Source: Blastocladiella emersonii ATCC 22665
Lineage: Eukaryota; Fungi; Blastocladiomycota
DNA: 64,000 nucleotides
Assembly: GCA_025594325.1 (NCBI GenBank)
Contig: JANHCV010000001.1
Span: 4,960,001 to 5,024,000 of the forward strand
Reading direction: 5' to 3'
The stretch's first letter is position 1; each line of letters opens with the position of its first letter. Below are positions 58,347 to 64,000 of this stretch, piece after piece. The notes under the pieces are model-generated. The model was not told the origin of the DNA and made no database searches. It was given only the letters and a program-made list of their open reading frames with translations. The position numbers and the translations under genes are program-made.

Positions 58347-61115
58347 TCACTGCTGCTGCTGCTGCTGCGCCGCACTCAAGGCGGCCACGAGCGCCGCAAC
58401 CTCGGCACGGACCTCGGCCTCGCCGTCCTCGCCGGTGCACCCGTCGAGCAGCGCGGTGGCCGTCACGGCCACGGCATCGACCCACTCGCCGAGGTACAGC
58501 CGCGCTGCCGCCGCGGCCCCGCCGGTCCCGCTCGCGCCCTTATCCACGGCCTTGCGCGCGGCGCCGACGATCGCACGAACCTCAGGCACCCACCCGCCCT
58601 CGCCCGCGACGCCCGCGATCGCCGTGGTCGCGTGGATCCGGACCTTGAAGTTGTTACACGACACGACGGCCGCGACAAGCGCGTCGACCAATTTCCTTGC
58701 GGCCTTGCCGCGTGTCTCGCGGCGGACGGCGAGCTGGTCGAGCACGGGCCGCGCCGCGACACACGCGTTCCATCTGGGCTTGACGGCGCCGCCGGGCCCG
58801 CGGATCACGGTGGCGAGCGCCGCGACGACCTGGCTCTCGACGCTCGACATGGGCGCGCGCGTCGGGTTCGCGGCAAGGAGCGCCGCGTAGGCGGGGCCGA
58901 GCGCGCGGAGGCCGTTGCCGCGGCACTTTTCGTGGTCTTTTGTCGCGGCGTGGAGCGCCGCGGAGACGACGGAGGGGAGGAGCGCGCGGACCTCGTCGTC
59001 CTCGTCTCGCCGGGAAGTGACGCGCGGCAGCAGGACGTGCGACGCGAGGTTCGCGAGGGCCCACGACGCGCGGATCCGGACCGCGAGCGGGCGCGCGGCC
59101 GAGGGCGCGTGCAGGATCGCCTGCGTCGCGTCGAACACAAACTGGTCGTCGTCGGCCGCGGCCGCGTGCGTGCACAGGACGCCGAGCGCGCGGAACGCCG
59201 CGGCGAGGACGGGTTCGGCGGCAGTCGCGCTGTTGGTCGAGGTTTCTTCTGCTGGCTCGGACTCGCCGTCCTCGGTGGCGGCCGCCGACGCCGCGGCGAG
59301 GACCGCGGTCATGATACAGATCTGGCGCGAACGCGGGAGGAGGGCGAACGCGGCGACCGGGATCGCGGCCACAGCGTCGAGCCCTGCGGGATCCGCGGCG
59401 TTTTCGGCGGCGAGGACAGGTGCGATCAGGTCGTCGACGGTCGCGGTCCACCACTCCTCGGCGTCCGACGGGGCCGCAGGGCTCGAGACAATTGCTTCGA
59501 CGACCGCCGTCGCGTGCGGCTTCTGCCCACCCGCCACCGCGTCGCGGACCACGGCGCGCACCGCGTCGAGGTCAACGGCGGGGTCGCGGCACAGGTGGCG
59601 GAGGACGCGCCACGGCCCGTCGTCCTGCGGCCGCGCGACCGCGGCGGCGAGGTGGAGCCAGTCGGCGGTCCACGGCGAGAGCGCGGACGCGAACATGTGG
59701 TTCTCGCCGAGCTGGTCCATGAGCCCCGCGAGCGACGCGGTGACGGCAGCGGCAACCGACGGGTCCGGGTGCGTGCGCGCGGCGTTGGCCATGGCGGTAC
59801 CGAACGCGGTCCACGCGGTCGGGCGGTGCAGGTAGTCGGCGGCCGAGGCGAGCGTGGCAAAGGTGCGGACGAGCTGCGCGGCCTCGAGCGCCGTCGGGTC
59901 CTGCTGCAGGCTGGCGACGCACGCCGTGTGCACGAGGGCGAGGATGCGGGCCAGTTTCTCGGACAGGGACGTGAAGCGGGCCTGTTTCGCCGTTGCTAGC
60001 CCGTCATCGAGTGCTAAAGTCCCCGCGGCGGTGAGGTAGGTGCGCGACCCGTCGAGCAGGGCGGCGACGGCAGTGGCGGCGAGAGAGCGGAACCGCGTGG
60101 ACGGGTCGTCGCGGACAATGTCGAGGAGGCCCGGGCCCGAGACGGGGAGAAACTTTTCCCAGTGATTGAACATGGCCTTGCCCGTGACTTTCGCCAAGGT
60201 GCCGAGCAGGGCGAGCGCCGTGTGGCGGATCTTGGCGGCGGGCTCGCGCTGCGCCTCAACGTCCGAGAACTCGGACTCGGACGGCGACGGCGAGTTGCGC
60301 GCGGGTGTGGGGGAGTCGGCGGTGCCGGCGCCGAGCTGGTTCATGCTGCGCATGCGGCGCACGACCAGGTTCTTGTGCAGCCCGTTGTTGTTGGGCGGCG
60401 ACGTGGACGCAGCGACGGCGGCGTTGTAGGTGGCGGGCAGCGTCGGGGTGCGGAAAGTGTTGGCAGCGAGCCACGGGTTGGATTTCGCGCGAAAGATGGC
60501 CCAGTTCAGGGTATCGACGAGGTTGGTCAGCGAGTCCGTGTCGAGCGGCGGCGGGGCGCGCGCTTCGGCGAGCACGAGCTGCAGGGCGCGGAGCGCGGCC
60601 GAGACGAGGCGTCGGTCCTCGTTCGTGGCAGCCGCGCGCCGGTGCGCCGCGTCCTGGATGGCCTGCACGGCGGCGACGAGTTTCGCGCGCAGGGCATCGA
60701 GCGAGGCGGCGACGGGGTCGGGCGACAGGCGCGCGCCGTGGCGCGTGTACAGGTTGCCGAGGCAGTGGATGGCGAGGCGCGGGTCCTCGCGGGCAGCCGG
60801 AGTGGGTGCGAGGATGGTGGAGACGAGGGTCTGGCACAGCAGGTCGGGGAGCGTCGGGTGGCCGGCAAAGGCGCGCGCATCGAGGAGTTTCGGGGCGAGG
60901 TCGCGCAGGTCGGCGCTGATCGAGCCACGTTGCGTCGCGGCGGCAGTGGGGGGTGCGGGTGACCACTAGAAAGTAGCAGGGTTGGCTCTATGGTTGCAGC
61001 GGGGAAGAGCGGGAGCCCATACCCGCGCAACAAACTCGGGAATGGACGCGGTCGGCGGCGGCGGCGAGGTGGGCGCGACCATGGTGTTGCTGGTGGCGGC
61101 GCGGGACGGTTGCAT
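58347..61115 (-). CDS. HEAT repeat protein, HEATR6-like
   Basis: RSLAATAVAALLDGSRTYL, FTSLSEKLA, RASWALANL, HEKCRGNGLRALG, KPRWNAC, NFKVRIHATTAI; poly-Q C-terminus. One intron near the 5' end (~60968-61022). Confidence 0.78.
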
Positions 61116-61446
61116 GGAGTGTTACGTTCGATTCATGGGCGTTGGTGGTCGGAGAGAAGCGGTGGCGCTCGAGCGAAAAGCGAAACAGGTTGGACGCGCC
61201 ACCGAAGGAAAGGAACGAACGCGATGCGCCCGCTCGCGTGACGGCGGTGTGGGTGGCAGGTGATGCTCGACCGCTCACTCCCGTCAACCTTTGGCCGGCG
61301 CGCCTGCCACCTCCTTCAACCTCGGCAGTGCTGCCATTCGCGTCAAGGTCGACGCGCCGCGCTGCACCCCGACGCACGCCGCGCCGCGAGCCCTCTCTAT
61401 CAATCAGTACGTGCCCTTGCAGTGCACCAACCGCTTCAGAGCAACC

Positions 61447-61500
61447 ATGAAGCTGACCGGCCCGCTCCCGCTCCCACGCAGCCCGCGCTCGCCGCCATGA
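61447..61500 (+). promoter_or_regulatory. 17-codon upstream ORF whose TGA overlaps the homeodomain gene ATG (ATGA)
   Basis: ACC-ATG at 61447 reads MKLTGPLPLPRSPRSPP, with stop TGA at 61498-61500. The main ATG is at 61497-61499 in another frame. Confidence 0.5.
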
Positions 61501-64000
61501 GCACCCCCGACGTGCCGTCGCCGGCCCCTTCACCGGTCCTGGCCGCCGATCCCGCACCGGCACCTGCGCCGGAGCATGTACCGGCCGCCGAGCCTGCTCC
61601 CGAGCCAGCAGCGCCTCCCGCGGAGCCGGTTCCCACGGCGGATCAGCCCGCGGCGGTCGCCCAGCCCGCCCCGATCACGGCCGAGGAGCAGCAGCAGCAC
61701 CACCACCAACAGCAGCAGCAGCAGCAGCAGCACGAGGAGAACCAGCGTGCGGCCGCTGCCGAGGCCGACGCCGAAGCACACGCTCGCGCGCACGCGCAGG
61801 CGCAAATCCACGCCGAGGCCACGCAGCACGCGCACGCCGCCTTGATGGGCCTGCACCACCCGGCCACCGCCGCCATGATGTCGCACATGTACGGCTACCC
61901 GCCGCCGCCCCCGCCGACGCACCCGCACCACCCGCACCACCCGGCCATGGCTGCTGCCGCTGCTGCCGCTGCCGCCGACCCGAACAACCCGCACGCCCAC
62001 CACTTTGCCGCCGCCATGGCCCAGCACCAGCATCAACAGCACCAACAGCAGCAGCAGTCGCAGCAGCAGCAGCAGGGCGACGACCAGGCCTCGCAGGCCG
62101 GCGCAGCGGCTGCCCAGGGTACCCCCGACCAGCCGCAGTCGCCGACGAGCTTCGCCGCTGCAGCTGCTGCTGCGGCCGCGGCCGGTGTCCCGCCGCACCT
62201 CGCCATGCAGCACCACCTCTCGCCGCACGCGCACCTGCAGAACGCGCACGCCTCGGCCTTCCACGCCCAGCACCAGTTCGCCATGGCCGCGCAGGCGCAC
62301 GCGCAGGCGCACGCGCAGGCACAGGGCGGCGCCCACCCGACCCCGCTCGGCATGCACCCCATGGCCGCCGCTGCTGCCGCCGCCGCAGCTGCGGGCCACC
62401 ACCCGTACATGGCGTACCCGCACCACCCCGCGGCCTTCGGCCTGCCGCCGTTCCTGGACCCGGCCGCCGCCGGCATGCCCGGCCCGCCCAAGTCGGTCAT
62501 CTTCGAGACCTTCTTCAACGCCATCGAGAAGATCGCCGTGTCGCGCAAGGTGCGCGGCTTCACCTACGACGACCGCGTCTACGCGCAAGAGTTTCTGCGG
62601 AAAAAGGACCAGATGCGCCTCCTCTCCGACGCCGCCGAGGCCGCGTGCCTGCAGCAGCGCGACCTCATCAAGCTCGCCCTCGAGGGCGCCTTTGACGAGC
62701 AGGCCAGCCAGCACGCCGCGCCCGACGGCACCCTGTTCGAGATTGCCCAGAAGCGCTTCACCCTCAGCCCGAATGTCGTGCTCGACTTTGGCGACTACAT
62801 GGACCGGTGCCGCGAGCACCTCGCCAAGCTGCCCGAGGAGACCCCCGACGCCGTACACGAGACGCTCGGCCTGCGCACCCGCAAGGCCAAGGAGCTGTTC
62901 GCCGAGACCCGCAAGCTGTACCAGCGCACCGCGCACCAGCTGTCCGAGATGATGCAGCAGCAGTACGAGGTGCGCAAGGACCTGATCGCCCGCACCTACG
63001 CCCCGCTGTGCGCGTTCCAGTGCGCCCACCACAAGTCGTGGGCCCCGCCGTACCAGCACATCCGCAACCTCGACGTGCACTTTGCGCAGCTGTGGAACCG
63101 CTTCGAGGCCCGCCTCGCCGCCGTCTTCACCCTGTGGCTCCAGGACATCAAGGTGCAGCAGAACCCCGACGAGATGGAGGAGCCGACGTCGACGCCCGCC
63201 GACCGCGCCGCCGCCATGGCCGAAAAGTCGTCGCAGCTGCACATGCTCGGGCTCGGGCTCACGGGCGTCGTCGGCGCCCTCGCCACCATGGACGGCCGCA
63301 CCGTCGGCCGCAAGGACTCGTTCACCCCGGCCGTCCTGTGCGCGCTGCGCGCGTCCTACTCGCAGGAGAAGTACCCGTCCGAGGACGAGAAGGAGCGCCT
63401 TGCGCGCGTCTGCCACCTCACCGTTGACCAGGTCAACGTCTGGTTCACCAACAAGCGGTCCCGCGACAAGCAGCGCGAGGAGCGCGAGCGGCTCGCCCGC
63501 GAGGCCGTCGAGAAGCAGCGCGCCAAGTCCGAGCAGCAGAACCAGGCCGAGCTCCAGCTCCGCGTCGGACCCGATTTCGCACACGCCGTCCAGGCTCAGG
63601 CCGACGTCCACGCCGCACAGTACGGCGCCGCCACGTTCGCCGCCGCCGCGGCTGCCGCAGCGGCTGCGTCCCAGCCGCCTACCGCCGAGAGCGACGCGGC
63701 CGCCGCCGCTGCGGCTGTTGCTGCCGCCGAGGCCGGGTACCCCGCAGGCCCGCCGCCGCACGTCGGGTTCCCCGGCTCGCCCACGTCCGCGGCAGCCGCC
63801 GCCGCCGCCGCCATGATGGGCCCGCCCGGCGGTATCCCGTTCCCCATGGGCATGATGCACATGCACATGGGCATGCCGCCCGCGTACGGCTTCCCCGGCT
63901 ACCCGCCCCCGCCCCCGCCGCCACCTCAGCAGCACCACCCGCACGTCCACCCGCACCCGCACACGCACCCGGCTGCGCCCAACGAGGAACCCATGCCCGC
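61497..64000 (+). CDS. Homeodomain transcription factor (3' end runs out of the window)
   Basis: Uninterrupted frame from ATG 61497 to the window end; it is absent from the ORF track because there is no stop. Homeodomain at ~63300-63479: FTPAVLCALRASYSQEKYPSEDEKERLARVCHLTVDQVNVWFTNKRSR. Poly-Q/H/A/P tracts. Confidence 0.92.
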   Translation, partial: MSTPDVPSPAPSPVLAADPAPAPAPEHVPAAEPAPEPAAPPAEPVPTADQPAAVAQPAPITAEEQQQHHHQQQQQQQQHEENQRAAAAEADAEAHARAHAQAQIHAEATQHAHAALMGLHHPATAAMMSHMYGYPPPPPPTHPHHPHHPAMAAAAAAAAADPNNPHAHHFAAAMAQHQHQQHQQQQQSQQQQQGDDQASQAGAAAAQGTPDQPQSPTSFAAAAAAAAAAGVPPHLAMQHHLSPHAHLQNAHASAFHAQHQFAMAAQAHAQAHAQAQGGAHPTPLGMHPMAAAAAAAAAAGHHPYMAYPHHPAAFGLPPFLDPAAAGMPGPPKSVIFETFFNAIEKIAVSRKVRGFTYDDRVYAQEFLRKKDQMRLLSDAAEAACLQQRDLIKLALEGAFDEQASQHAAPDGTLFEIAQKRFTLSPNVVLDFGDYMDRCREHLAKLPEETPDAVHETLGLRTRKAKELFAETRKLYQRTAHQLSEMMQQQYEVRKDLIARTYAPLCAFQCAHHKSWAPPYQHIRNLDVHFAQLWNRFEARLAAVFTLWLQDIKVQQNPDEMEEPTSTPADRAAAMAEKSSQLHMLGLGLTGVVGALATMDGRTVGRKDSFTPAVLCALRASYSQEKYPSEDEKERLARVCHLTVDQVNVWFTNKRSRDKQREERERLAREAVEKQRAKSEQQNQAELQLRVGPDFAHAVQAQADVHAAQYGAATFAAAAAAAAAASQPPTAESDAAAAAAAVAAAEAGYPAGPPPHVGFPGSPTSAAAAAAAAMMGPPGGIPFPMGMMHMHMGMPPAYGFPGYPPPPPPPPQQHHPHVHPHPHTHPAAPNEEPMP

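Noticed and set aside
56732-58347. Very short intergenic gaps (67 bp kinase/TyrRS convergent; ~100 bp HEATR6-like stop to TyrRS start)
   Set aside because: Similar gaps occur throughout the window, reflecting general genome compaction; there is no specific evidence of polycistronic transcription.

Overview
This is GC-rich eukaryotic genomic DNA, not prokaryotic. Genes are tightly packed and carry short (~55-80 nt) GT-AG introns with GTACGY-type donors and GCTGAC/GCTAAC branch points. The gene set (axonemal dynein heavy chain, three-domain adenylate kinase, cyclic-nucleotide-binding channel, FTR1 permease, KIN1-type kinase) points to a zoosporic fungus of the Blastocladiomycota/Chytridiomycota grade; this is an inference. 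About 24 protein-coding genes can be modelled by eye; I recognised no RNA genes, CRISPR arrays or mobile elements. The top candidate for an undescribed system is an iron-uptake locus at 24.9-27.8 kb. There, an FTR1 permease is paired head-to-head not with a three-domain Fet3 but with a signal-peptide-bearing, probably GPI-anchored, two-domain multicopper oxidase resembling ceruloplasmin domains 1+6. It retains all Cu ligands and the ceruloplasmin-type Fe(II)-site residues. The shared promoter holds an exact ATCTGATAA iron-GATA-repressor motif, and ATCTGATA also occurs upstream of a nearby ZupT-like ZIP transporter. Other points of interest are an RRP6-NIP7-CSL4 exosome-related gene trio, a catalytically dead ALDH3-like protein, a CNBD channel without a GYG filter, an SSK2-like kinase with DFS in place of DFG, and a homeodomain factor whose ATG is overlapped by a uORF stop. 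Family assignments come from motif recall, not database searches, and exon boundaries were read by eye.
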